DNA of 63,035 nucleotides, counting the filler, from Nemertoderma westbladi (Eukaryota > Animalia > Xenacoelomorpha), in the NCBI GenBank assembly GCA_032718475.1. It is 2 parts of 2 records of this genome, joined end to end, with 100 filler letters (N's around TTAATTAATTAA, not from the genome) between each part and the next. Parts side by side here need not be neighbours in the genome. Positions count along the whole stretch, not along the records: positions 1 to 30,984 come from JAUCBJ010004343.1; 1 more part is not named here. One strand, written 5' to 3'. A model generated the notes under the pieces. It ran no database searches and was not told where the DNA came from. It saw only the letters and a list, made by a program, of their open reading frames with translations. Shown here piece by piece: positions 1-11,039 of the stretch. Position 1 is the first letter of the stretch. Each line of letters begins with the position of its first letter. The position numbers were made by a program, and so were the translations under genes.

Positions 1-506
1 CTCATTTTATTGTTACACCTACAACAACTCTCCTCTCCACCCATCGCCCTTACCTACGGTCTTGCTCCGGGGTGGTACTCTGTCTCTACGACTTTTTAAT
101 ACTAGGTCGACCAAGCTCAGGCAGTGGAACTGAGATGCTTCGAGGCTTACCGATTCTTTCATGAACTCGATAAATATTTTATGCCAAAATAAAATATTAA
201 GGCGATTATTTTTTCATCCTCTTTCACCGTCCCCTGCACCTCTCGCACGCAGCTCTACTTTCCTTGTTTTCTGTGAGCTCTACGAGTCCACTACTTCTAT
301 TGCTCATGGCGACTGGAAGTTATTTTTTTCCTTTTCGTTTTCAATGTTGAAAAACTTTATGTCAACATTGTAGTAGCTGCTGTTTTTTAGTTTAGTAACT
401 ATTTATTTTACAAAAAGAAAGTACCATAGGAATGTAGTTAAAGCATAATTTTTTGAGTCCAAAGAAAAACTGCTTATTACGTTATTGCTACTTGAATGTG
501 CAGATA

Positions 507-537
<31 letters not shown>

Positions 538-760
538 TACTGGACGCAACAAAAATCCATCCCTCTCCATTGGAAATTGGACTCAAATAACAGATGTTTA
601 CTCTTAAAAATAAAACTGAAGCTGTTCTATTGGGTTTAGTTTATTGTTTTGGTTAAAATGACGTGTCACTGTAACCTGCTCCTTTCCCTCAATTGAAAAT
701 TTTACATTGAGGGATATTAATTCGCCAAGGCGGGTTTTGCGTCCAGTCCCCCCGTCCCCC
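507..760. mobile_element. MITE family A (TIR ACTGGACGCAA bounded by poly-G / poly-C tracts)
   Basis: Left end (G)n-ATACTGGACGCAA, right end TTGCGTCCAGT-CCCCCC; a reverse-oriented homologous copy is at 54938-55200, with fragments near 990-1045 and 11135-11260. Confidence 0.7.
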
Positions 761-1130
761 CACCACGGACTCTAAATGTGATACCTCGTTCATGCTCACG
801 TAGAGTGAATAATTACGTTTTATATTAGTTACAGGTTATTGTAATTATTTTTGAGTTGAATTTAATGTTGTATAATTTTTAGTATTTTATTTGTAACCAA
901 GTAACTATAAAGGACCCCCTTGGAAATAGGTTGACCACAAGTGAAAATAGTGATCTTCAGCGCAAATTGACGGCAAGTGAAGTAAATTCTCGCTTATTGT
1001 TTTGGTTAGAAACCACCGCCACTGCAACATGCTCCTTTCCCCAATGTTTTTAATTAAATTAAATTAGTTTTTCAAACCCACTAAAATTTATTTTGTGTTT
1101 GTGGTTATTTTGCGCCATTGACTCGGTTAC

Positions 1131-1384
1131 TGTATGGACCGGACCTACTGTAATGTATATCCCGGAGTAAAGTAAACTCATATCTTTCTGTGTCCGGGCA
1201 AGAAGAGTCAACCTTTTATCAAACCCCTCTGTACTGTAACTGTTGAACTGTAATCGTAATGTTGGCCTATATCAGTTATGCTAGCTGCTATTGGGCTTCT
1301 ACTGATTTAAGGATTTCTTTGGTTTAATAAATATTCGTTAGGGACTTGTTTGTACTTAGTTTTATGCTTTTTTTTATACGTACA
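1131..1384 (+). mobile_element. Possible solo LTR
   Basis: Begins TGTATG, ends CGTACA (short terminal inverted repeat), internal AATAAA near 1326; no clean target-site duplication. Confidence 0.3.
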
Positions 1385-1414
1385 GTAAATAAATGATAAA
1401 TTTAAAATGCATAG

Positions 1415-1669
<255 letters not shown>

Positions 1670-1756
1670 CTGAAATATTAAAGTGGTTTAGTACATACAT
1701 ACCTACTGATCTACACCCGCAAGTTATTGTTTGTGACTGATACTGATAGTACATCG

Positions 1757-2164
1757 ATGAGTTTATCAATCGTCAGATATTTCTCTTCCTCACGTAGTCT
1801 CGCTGACAAACACCATCCTCTAGGCTACCAGAAACCGACACCAGACCGCCGCTCCGCCTTCACAAACAAGTGGGGACCGCGGAATAAGTTCCAGGAGGTT
1901 ACGACCAAGGACAACGTTACCCCGGGTTACCGACTCAGAACAAACTTCCGGAGTGACGCGACCCGATTTCGGTTGATCCCGGAGATGCAGGTTGAGTTGG
2001 TGGTTCCCGATCTGACGGGTTTCCAGCTGAAACCCTACGTTTCCTACGAAACACCCGACGTTAGCGAGGACGCTATAACTCCCAAGGAACTGTTCGATAA
2101 TTTCTACGCCGATAAAGTTGTCGATAAATTCTACGACACAGAAGGAGAAGGTGGTAACAAATAA
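1757..2164 (+). CDS. MRPL41: Mitochondrial ribosomal protein L41 (mL41)
   Basis: Motif F..IPEM..ELVVPDLTGF.LKPYVSY; Ser/Arg-rich N-terminal presequence-like segment; first ATG at 1757 (the ORF track start at 1727 is TTG). Confidence 0.9.
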   Translation: MSLSIVRYFSSSRSLADKHHPLGYQKPTPDRRSAFTNKWGPRNKFQEVTTKDNVTPGYRLRTNFRSDATRFRLIPEMQVELVVPDLTGFQLKPYVSYETPDVSEDAITPKELFDNFYADKVVDKFYDTEGEGGNK

Positions 2165-2535
2165 AGTATTAATATTTGCCGACAGTGACAGACATTTTGT
2201 TCCTAATCCAATCGTCACTAACACTTTGTCTGTCGACCTGAGACTTGTGTTTTTAACATACTAACTACTGAACTAGGCCAACACTTTTTTTAAGTATATT
2301 TGATTGATCTAAAATATATGAACTATATTATATTAATTTCAATCAACAATCTTTCTTTGTTTATTTTGAATATTTCGCAATAATACTCATACGTACACCA
2401 ACCTCACGCTCCATTGATATAAATTAAATAGCGTCGGTTTGGTGTTTTGTAACTCTAATTAGTCCATCAATACTACTAGATCCTACAGTTTTCTTGATTC
2501 TCTGTAACTGTACCGAACGCACAGACAGACACCAT

Positions 2536-3390
2536 ATGGAGGACATCCACTGCCCTCGGTGTCGGACCACCAAGTACCGCAACCCCTCCCTACGTCTCCT
2601 CGTTAACGTCTGCGGCCACAGTATCTGCGAGGTCTGCGTGTCCACCCTGTTTGTCCGGGAGTCCGGATCCTGTCCGACCTGCGAACAGCCGCTGCGACGC
2701 GTCGACTTTCGGGACCGGCAGTTCGACTGTCCGACGGTCGAACGCGACGTCGACGTTCGCAAGAAAATACTCAAGATTTACAACAGAAAGGAAGACGATT
2801 TCGATTCCCTTCGAGAGTTTAACGACTACCTCGAGGATGTCGAAAGTATCGTGTTTAATATCGTTAATAACATCAACATCGATGCCACAAAGCGACGCGT
2901 CGCCGAATACGAGAAGTTAAATAAAGAAGAAATTGTCAGAAATAAAAATAAATTATCCGCCGATGAATTGTGGATCCAGGAATGTTTGGAGTCAGAAAGG
3001 AAAAAACGGCTGGAGTTAACGGGGCGATGGCGAGAAGAGGACGAGAGACTTATGATGGAAAGGTTAATGGAGAAAGACAACAAAATAGATCGACTCATTC
3101 GGGGCGAACCCTTGAACAAGGAATGTATAAAGAGCTCTTCTTCACCGGAAGTTGACGTCATCATCGAGAATGACGTCATCCAACCGGAAGCGTACTTCCA
3201 CTCGATCTACGTCCCGGAATCCAGAGGTCCCGCGGTTCCTCGTTTCGAGGCACTAGAGTCTGCCGGTTACCTCTCCCATACAGCGCAGCGGTCGGCATCC
3301 GATCTGGCAGGAGGGTTCACTTCGGCCATGGTCTGTCTGCGGGCAATGAGTGACGCTTATAATAGTTTACTGTTTAATGTTACTTATTGA
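2536..3390 (+). CDS. MNAT1: CDK-activating kinase assembly factor MAT1 (TFIIH RING subunit)
   Basis: CPRCRTTKYRNPSLRLLVNVCGHSICEVC...CPTC RING; LKIYNRKEDDF.SLREFNDYLE; C-terminal DLAGGF...CLRA; first ATG at 2536. Confidence 0.95.
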   Translation: MEDIHCPRCRTTKYRNPSLRLLVNVCGHSICEVCVSTLFVRESGSCPTCEQPLRRVDFRDRQFDCPTVERDVDVRKKILKIYNRKEDDFDSLREFNDYLEDVESIVFNIVNNINIDATKRRVAEYEKLNKEEIVRNKNKLSADELWIQECLESERKKRLELTGRWREEDERLMMERLMEKDNKIDRLIRGEPLNKECIKSSSSPEVDVIIENDVIQPEAYFHSIYVPESRGPAVPRFEALESAGYLSHTAQRSASDLAGGFTSAMVCLRAMSDAYNSLLFNVTY

Positions 3391-3777
3391 TATTATTGAA
3401 ATCATAATTAAATTCTTAGTTCATAATAATATTATTATATACTGACGTTAATACCGAATATAGGAATATCAATTAAGGCCTCAATGGTCGTAAACAAGCA
3501 TCTTAAACATTTAACTATTACAAATCTTTCCTCGCACTGTCTTAGATCCACCTACGGAATCCTATAGTTTTTATACGAGATGATGATACAGTATTATATA
3601 TCATATTTGTCACACTGAGTTAACAGATAAACTGATCATCTCTACATCTCTAACCAATCCAAACTTTTCATCCTATCAGCATAATTCTGCCGCAGTCTTA
3701 ACGCACGGTGGCTGTGCAGCGGTTACCGGAACCCATTGTCTAATATCTAACAACATACACAAATCAACATACGATAC

Positions 3778-4211
3778 ACTACTACTACTACTAAACTATA
3801 TAATTGGCCTGCTGCATTGAAGCTGAGTTTGAGATGCTATGCCAGTGTAACAAAAATATTTTGTCACCACCATGCAATCCACAATTGGCAAGCCCAATGC
3901 AGAGTGCATTGAGAATGCTATGCCGGCTTATCAACAAAGTTGCACCGCCACAACTCCCTCCCTATCCCCGCATGACTTTCGCGAGATTATCCGCATTTTC
4001 AAGGCCTGTGTTCTTTAATAGGCGTCACACGTAAGTCATGGGCTCAACATGCTTATTTTCTCCATGGGCCTACCAAAGCACAAGATTGTGCACAGGCTGG
4101 TCATTACGGCGAAAACAATGTGCTGCAAAGCGGGGGCGGCTTTGTTCTAGTGTCAAGCTTGGGGGAACCAATGAGATACTTCCAATGTTATAGTATCTGG
4201 TTGGATATGTG
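3778..4211 (-). mobile_element. Diverged 3' end of RTE-type LINE, inverted relative to the adjacent copy
   Basis: Reverse complement of ~4730-5077 including the (TAG)n tail (ACT repeats 3778-3793); peptide YNIGSISLVPPSLTLEQSR..FAAHCFRR.DQPVHNLVLW. Confidence 0.85.
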
Positions 4212-5077
4212 AAGTCGAGGAAATCCTGCCAAGTACCTAACTGATCTAGACTTTGCTGATGACTTAGGAGTACTCTCAGAATCACTAGAGGGAGCCCAAC
4301 GGCTCCTCAGCTCATTAGAACATGCTGCTTCTAGTGTTGGTCTTTTTATTAACTCCAGAAAGACCAAAATTTTGACAGTTAACTTTGAAAGTCCTCAGCA
4401 AGTCTCTGATCGGATGAGCATAAGCTCAAAGGATGGTATGCTTGAGCATGTGGACGACTTCTGTTACCTGGGATCATGGATCCGGAAGTCAGGTGAGGAC
4501 CTTCGAATACGTAAGGGAAAGGCATGGGCAGCCTTGAATAGGCTTTCCAGGATTTGGAAGTCACCGAGAATTAATCGGAAACTTAAGGTCCGACTATTTA
4601 GAGCAGCAGTAGTTCCAGTACTCCTCTACGGGAGTCCATGCTGGGCTCTAACTGCTGAGGACACCAAATCTCTGGATGGCACATTCACAAGAATGCTACG
4701 CCGGGTTCATTGTGTCAAGTACAATGCACACATCTCCAACCAGACACTATATAACATTGGAGGTGTCTCATTGGTTCCCCCAAGCTTGACACTAGAACAA
4801 AATCGCCTCCGCTTTGCAGGACATTGCTTTCGCCGTGAAGACCAGCCAGTGCATAATCTTGTACTTTGGCAGCCTCATGGAGTGAATAAGCATGGTGGAC
4901 AGCCCATGACTTTCTTGAGACGCATCTTAAAGGACACTGGCCTTGAAGATGCGGATGATCTAGCAAATGTCATTGGTGATAGGGAGTTGTGGCGGTGCAA
5001 TTTTGTTGACAAGCCGGCACAGCATTCTTAAAAATGCAGCTGCAATGCAGCATGCCGATCCTAGTAGTAGTAGTAGT
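4212..5077 (+). mobile_element. 5'-truncated RTE-clade non-LTR retrotransposon (RT C-terminal half)
   Basis: Open frame reads YLTDLDFADDL...GLFIN..KTK...FCYLGS...LLYG..CW..RLRFAGHCFR, stop at 5031, then a short 3' UTR and (TAG)n tail typical of RTE elements. Confidence 0.9.
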
Positions 5078-5919
5078 GCATTGTACTTGACACAATGAAC
5101 CAGACGTAGACGAATACACGGATAAGCTAAATGCAAGCTGGTACGGATGCCCTATAGTACTATATAGGTCAACAACATACCCGTGCCTTTATTACACACA
5201 CAAGACACCAAGGAAACCTGAAAAGGTTTGTTTCATAGCAGTGTATTGTATGAAGCCCATTGGTACCGGTAGGCTACCGCTAGCGTATTAGTGCCAGAAT
5301 AGTTATACATTAAAGTGAAAGTATATTTATTAAGATTTTCAGACTTTATTGTAATGACAGCGGTGCACATTGCTAATTATTTGTACCTGCTGTACCCAAG
5401 TATAACGTTATTTAGTACACCTTGGCTGTACCGCATTTATCTAAGACGTGACTAGTACCGGTACCTGTAATCAATTTTTTACTTTCATGTTCTTAAAAAT
5501 TAGGCCTGTATAAGCGATTCCAATACATTATTTTTAAAACCGGTGTGTTATATATAAACAGTCTGAACTAACTGTATTTGCAGTGTGCAGTTTCACCATG
5601 TCTTGAGTATCTTAATTCACTTGCTCGCCAACCGCGCACCCCCAAATTTGCTTAAAAACGACATTGAATCACATTTGAAACAGACGCGGTTTGACCTCCC
5701 TCTAGCCTCTACCTTTGTGACTTGGTTGAGTCCGAATTTTTATTTTTGCTTTCATTATTTGTATTTATAGATGATAGAAGCATTTACAAAATGTGTCTTC
5801 GTCGATATTGTACGAGTTACTCTGCCGTTTTTCATCAACCTTAATAGTTTTTCATGGTGCCTACTGATTGAAAGTTTGACATGCAATAATTTATTAATAT
5901 AACAATAATCCACAATAAA

Positions 5920-6517
5920 TCTACAATAATCTCTAGCGGCAGACTGGAGAACTGCGGAGCGGATGAATTAACCTCCTTTGAGATGAACTACTACTGGTCT
6001 AGTACATATCTGCCACGTTTCAACTTGAACGAATTAAAAGCCAAAAAGTGGGAGGATAAAGTGGGGTGGTAGCCCTCTATATTGAACCGATGGTGTCTGA
6101 AAATCTCTCAAAATCACAACTTCTGATGCCTACAAATTTTCAATTCGATAGCACTAAATCGAACAAAGTTATTTGAATGTCAAAATGGTAAGGCAGATGA
6201 AAACTATTTTTTCGTAACCAGGGCATCAGTTTGTGACCAGGTTGCTCATATTTGTAACCAGACACACTGATTTGGAACCACTAACACAGATTCGTAACCA
6301 GGTACTCAAATATGTAACTGGGAACCCAAATTCATAACCAGGTGGTCTGATTTGTAACTGAGAACTCCCAGTTTAGATTTGTAACCAGAAAATCAGATTT
6401 GCAACCACGAATTCAAATTTGTTACCCCTACTCGTTAGGCCTGCCCTTACCAGTTCACTCTTTTATTTGAATTAAAAGGTCGGTTCCTTTTCATTGGGCC
6501 GCAAGGCCTGTCACTAG
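5920..6517 (+). mobile_element. Putative non-autonomous Helitron carrying a 20-bp-period array
   Basis: 3' hairpin GGCC-GCAA-GGCC (6497-6508), then CTAG|T (6514-6517); candidate 5' end A|TC at 5920 (uncertain). Confidence 0.45.
6211..6427. repeat. Degenerate array of ~11 units, period ~20 bp, conserved core TTTGTAACCA with variable second half
   Basis: Successive units include ttcgtaacca-gggcatcag, tttgtaacca-gacacactga, tttggaacca-ctaacacaga, ttcgtaacca-ggtactcaaa, ttcataacca-ggtggtctga, tttgtaacca-gaaaatcaga. Confidence 0.75.
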
Positions 6518-6584
6518 TGGTAGAATAAGTATATACGAATGCTACTTTGTTAGTAAATAATACTGATATATATATATATATTTA

Positions 6585-9500
6585 ATGGATTTGGAAGGTA
6601 ATTCAGAAAGCATTGTGAGACCAGAACCATCAGAGCCGGACAATACTGAGGATGACAATGAGAGTGACGAGCGACCTGTTGTTATACTCAGCGTTATCTG
6701 GGCTGGACAGAAGCTTGGTGCCGCTTTCTACGATGTCAACAGCGCATTGATACACCTTGTACCGGATATCGCAGAAAATAAGGAGTTTGTGATGCTCAAC
6801 AGTTTAAAAGTACAAACCGACCCTTCTCTAATAATTACGAGTGTAAGACAGGACCTACAGTTCCAGGAAAGGTTGAAACGTTTGTGTGGTCTTTCATTAC
6901 CAAAATCCAATAAGGTCAACAACTTGATGAGTAGAACGACAACAACTGACTCATCATTGGACTTACAAGGTTCAAGTACAGATAATATTCATACAAGTAA
7001 TAATATACTTATAAACTCAGTAAGTACTGGAGGTGTTAGAAGCAAACTATTAGGTCCTTCAAAGGAACGAGTAATGGCACTAAGCAGTGATGTCAACACC
7101 CCTGCAGTGTCGTTAGATAAATCATTGGGTGGTTCGGATTCCACTTGCTATTATGAAGAACTGGGGGCCAACGACTTCAATTACTCAGTTGCCATGTCCA
7201 GGATCCTATCATTACAGTTGCCATGGATGTTAGCCAACCTCTCGGAGATGGAAAGGAATGTTTATCTAAGGGGTTTACTTCCTCTAGACAACATTAATAT
7301 GTCCAGAGCACTTGGGGGTTTATTGAAAATCCTCGAAAAGAATAAATACCGTATTAGCGCGACACTGGGGCGACTACCTATCATTGGATTCCAGATCTAC
7401 CCTATAAATAACACGCTCATTATCAATGATGCCACAATAAGTGGATTAAAGATATTTCATACAGAAAATCACCCTTCAGTTTACAAGCGGTCCTGTAAAG
7501 GCTCTGGTAGAAAGGAGGGTCTTAGTGTCTATGGAGTGCTCAACAGATGTATGTGTCGTCCTGGGTCTATGCTACTGCGTCTGTGGTTTATGAGGCCAAC
7601 TAAGGATATATCTCTGATCACTGACCGACAGAAGGCCATAGAATTCTTGTCCCTCTCCTCTAATTTAGAATTAGTTAAACGACTTTGTGAAATCTTGAAA
7701 AACGTGAAGAATATTTCCACAATATTGGTGAAAATGTCTGAATCGCAAGCTAAAGTCACAGATTGGATTGTTCTTCACAAGACGATAAATAGCCTCCTCG
7801 AATTGGCTAACATTTGCTCGGAATATAAAGTTGCAGTGCCAATTTTCCAGAGCTTTTCAGATGTCTACACACAGGAAATCGTTAAAGTTGCCCAGATTAT
7901 TTGGAGAATAATTGATTTTAAGGAGTCAGTTCGGGTAGGTAAGTTTACAGTGCGTTGCGATATCGACACAGAGTTAGATGAGAAAAAACGAACTTTCAAC
8001 TCTCTGAACGAGTTTTTAAACGTTGTGGTTAAGCACGAGATTAACGACCTGCCCCAGGTTATTCTAGAATGCAATCTGATGTATTTGCCACAATTGTTAT
8101 TTCTGCTGAAGATCAAATATGATCTTCCTATCAAGCCATCCGATCAGCATCTTGGACCAGGGATGCAGTACTGCTTCAGCGCGGATGGGGCCGATTATTA
8201 TAAAAGCCAACGTTGCAGAGATCTTGATAATCTGTTTGGAGACCTGGAAAATGACATCAATAATCATGAGATGCGAATAATGCTACGTTTACAAGATACC
8301 ATTCTACAACACAACGTTCTGTTAAATAAGGCCCTTTACTTAGCAACTGAACTTGACTGTCTAATCTCATTAGCTAAGTGCTCAATCGAATTCAATCTTG
8401 TTAAACCAGTAATATCCAAGACTAATGGACAACTTCTCATCAAAGGTGGTCGACATTTGCTTCAAGAGTTGTGTGTCAACCAGTTTGTTGCTAACGATGC
8501 TTGTCTCGGAGCCCAAGATGACATACGAATGCGCATAATCACTGGGCCTAATGCCAGTGGGAAGAGTATCTACCTCAAACAGATCGGAATTATTGTTTAC
8601 TTGGCGCACATAGGATCGTTTGTTCCCGCAGAAGCGGTTGAAATGGGAATCACTGATGGTATTTATACCCGGATTCACACCTGCGAGTCTATAAGCACAG
8701 GATTATCCGCTTTTGCCTATGATTTAACCCAGATTTGTGAGTCAATAGCCACAGCAACCAACCAATCTTTAGTACTCATTGATGAATTCGGGAAAGGCAC
8801 ATCGCCTACTGATGGATTGGCTCTGCTCTCAGCAGTCTTGCGTTATTGGCTCCAAAAGGGCTCACAATGCCCCCTCTCACTGGTCTCAACACACTTTCAC
8901 AATCTTTCTGACACAGACCTGGTCCACCCAACCAACTTTCCGGTTGTGCAATACCATAGGATGAAAACTATCTACCAAGGCACGCAACTGGTCTACTTAT
9001 ATCAACTTACCACCGGTTCAGCTAGTTCTAGTCATGGCAATCAGGTGGCCTTGGATGTTGGTATTCCATACGAGATAGTTAGTAGAGCCGATTACATACG
9101 GCAGTGCATGGCTGATAAAACGCCCATAAATAGGTTGTGGTCCCCACATCAAGCCAAACAAATGTCCAGATGTCGTATAGCTGTTGCAAAATTACTCGGC
9201 TTGACCAGGAATATAGATAACCCACTCTCGGGTGATGCAGCTATGAAGTACTTAAATAACTTTATTAACCCCCTGTTTAGAGGAGATTGGGACCATAGAC
9301 TGGACGAATGTGTTAGGGATTCGAGTTTAATAGATCAGTTAGTTGAAGGAAGTTGTACTATTGGGAATGTTGTAAGTAATAGATCATCTGGTCAAGAAAT
9401 GAGTTATAGTGAAAGGCAGATTCGGGGAGGTATTGGTCCTACTTCTCCATTGCACAATGAAGAACAAGGGAAAGCTATTGCTCTTAATTCTCTATTGGAC

Positions 9501-10190
9501 GATGATGGTCGAAAGGAAGCTATTGCCCCTAATTCTCTATTGGATGATGACGGTCGAAAGAAAGCTATTGCCCCTAATTCTCTATTGGATGATGAAGGTC
9601 AAGGAAAAGCTATTGCTCCTGATTCTCTATTGGACGATAAAGGACAAGGGAAAGCTATTGGTCCTAATTCTCTATTGGACGGTGACGGTCGAAAGAAAGC
9701 TATTGCCCCTAATTCTCTATTGGACGATGAAGGACAAGGAAAAGCTATTGCCCCTAATTCTCGATTGGACGATAAAGGACAAGGGAAAGCTATTGCTCCT
9801 AATTCTCTATTGGACGATGACGGTCGAGAGAAAGCTATTGCCCTTAATTCTCTATTGGACGATGAAGGACAAGGAAAAGCTAGTGCCCCTAATTCTCTAT
9901 TGGACGATAAAGGACAAGGGAAAGCTATTTCTCCTAATTCTCTATTAGACGATAAAGGACAAGGGAAAGCTATTGGTCCTAATTCTCTATTGGACGATGA
10001 CGGTCGAGAGAAAGCTATTGGTCCTAATTATCTATTGGACGATAAAGGACAAGGGAAAGCTATTGGTCCTAATTCTCTATTGGACGATGACGGTCGAGAG
10101 AAAGCTATTGGTCCTAATTCTCTATTGGACGATAAAGGACAAGGGAAAGCTATTGTTCCTAATTCTCTATTGGACAGTGAAGGGCGATGA
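6585..10190 (+). CDS. MSH5: MutS homolog 5 (meiotic crossover factor), single coding exon, repetitive C-terminal extension
   Basis: ITGPNASGKSIYLKQ (Walker A), GSFVPAE, TRIHTCESISTGLSAF..DL.Q, LVLIDEFGKGT..DGLALL.AVLRYWL, KEGLSVYGVLNRC; these match MSH5 rather than other MutS paralogs. Confidence 0.93.
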   Translation: MDLEGNSESIVRPEPSEPDNTEDDNESDERPVVILSVIWAGQKLGAAFYDVNSALIHLVPDIAENKEFVMLNSLKVQTDPSLIITSVRQDLQFQERLKRLCGLSLPKSNKVNNLMSRTTTTDSSLDLQGSSTDNIHTSNNILINSVSTGGVRSKLLGPSKERVMALSSDVNTPAVSLDKSLGGSDSTCYYEELGANDFNYSVAMSRILSLQLPWMLANLSEMERNVYLRGLLPLDNINMSRALGGLLKILEKNKYRISATLGRLPIIGFQIYPINNTLIINDATISGLKIFHTENHPSVYKRSCKGSGRKEGLSVYGVLNRCMCRPGSMLLRLWFMRPTKDISLITDRQKAIEFLSLSSNLELVKRLCEILKNVKNISTILVKMSESQAKVTDWIVLHKTINSLLELANICSEYKVAVPIFQSFSDVYTQEIVKVAQIIWRIIDFKESVRVGKFTVRCDIDTELDEKKRTFNSLNEFLNVVVKHEINDLPQVILECNLMYLPQLLFLLKIKYDLPIKPSDQHLGPGMQYCFSADGADYYKSQRCRDLDNLFGDLENDINNHEMRIMLRLQDTILQHNVLLNKALYLATELDCLISLAKCSIEFNLVKPVISKTNGQLLIKGGRHLLQELCVNQFVANDACLGAQDDIRMRIITGPNASGKSIYLKQIGIIVYLAHIGSFVPAEAVEMGITDGIYTRIHTCESISTGLSAFAYDLTQICESIATATNQSLVLIDEFGKGTSPTDGLALLSAVLRYWLQKGSQCPLSLVSTHFHNLSDTDLVHPTNFPVVQYHRMKTIYQGTQLVYLYQLTTGSASSSHGNQVALDVGIPYEIVSRADYIRQCMADKTPINRLWSPHQAKQMSRCRIAVAKLLGLTRNIDNPLSGDAAMKYLNNFINPLFRGDWDHRLDECVRDSSLIDQLVEGSCTIGNVVSNRSSGQEMSYSERQIRGGIGPTSPLHNEEQGKAIALNSLLDDDGRKEAIAPNSLLDDDGRKKAIAPNSLLDDEGQGKAIAPDSLLDDKGQGKAIGPNSLLDGDGRKKAIAPNSLLDDEGQGKAIAPNSRLDDKGQGKAIAPNSLLDDDGREKAIALNSLLDDEGQGKASAPNSLLDDKGQGKAISPNSLLDDKGQGKAIGPNSLLDDDGREKAIGPNYLLDDKGQGKAIGPNSLLDDDGREKAIGPNSLLDDKGQGKAIVPNSLLDSEGR
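9459..10178 (+). repeat. Coding minisatellite, 16 x 45 bp (15 aa: [KED]G[QR][GKE]KAI[AG]PNSLLDD)
   Basis: AAGCTATTG recurs every 45 nt (9472, 9517, ...); 16 units counted in the translation, no indels. Confidence 0.95.
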
Positions 10191-11039
10191 GAAGCTAATG
10201 GTCGTATTCCAAATACGGGTGGAGAAGGGCAAACAGGGGTACGTATTGTTCCTCCTTCGCAATGAATGGCAAACTGGTGATAAATCTATGTTCGAAAAAG
10301 ACTATGAAGAAGGTGGATGCTCTTGGTTTATTAGATAATCAAATTGGTAGGGCAATACTGATTGAAATGAAAAGCCCAGATTTCAATTATTATTACATTT
10401 TGTACTCATATGATATTTATTATAAATATCATAATCGATAGTACGATAGCTCAGAGCTCACGTGAAAACGTTTTCAATTAATAAATGAAGACAATAAAAT
10501 TAAATTACATAACGCCAGAGGGTAAAAGGAACAAGTGTCGCGGACACGTAGGTAACTGGTGTATTAACGTATAACTGATACCGGGTAATAATGTTACATA
10601 TAACATAGGTAAATGGCTACAGTAGCAATACGGTCATACACATAAGCAGTATCACGGTAACAGAGCAGGTCTGCTATCCAGCAGTCAGGGTAAGGGTGAT
10701 ACAGCTCCGCAAGTGTGCAGAGCCAGGTAATCAGATAGTCTGATGCCTGCTCACCGGGGGACCGGTCTTACACCTAACAGTGTGACGTCACCCGGTGTGA
10801 TCTAACTAGTGACCACACAAGGTCTGTCAACCGGCTTGACGGTTGGCTGGCGTAAAACTCACTTTCATCACGGCCATTCAATGAAGGCACCCCCCTGGAA
10901 AGCAAAATTTAAAAATGAATTTTGTCGATATAGGCTGCGCTATAGTTTGGATATATTATTAGCCCTACATTTAGACACACACCTTGTCAATTTAACTTCA
11001 GTCTTGTAAAATGCATGTGAGTTACTTTGTAACCTTATT

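Noticed and set aside
1820-3179. Overlapping antisense or alternate-frame ORFs over MRPL41 and MNAT1 (likewise over MSH5 and PI3K-C2)
   Set aside because: Shadows of real CDSs with no recognisable motifs.
6211-6427. CRISPR array
   Set aside because: Eukaryotic context, 10-bp degenerate repeats with ~10-bp spacers, no cas genes.
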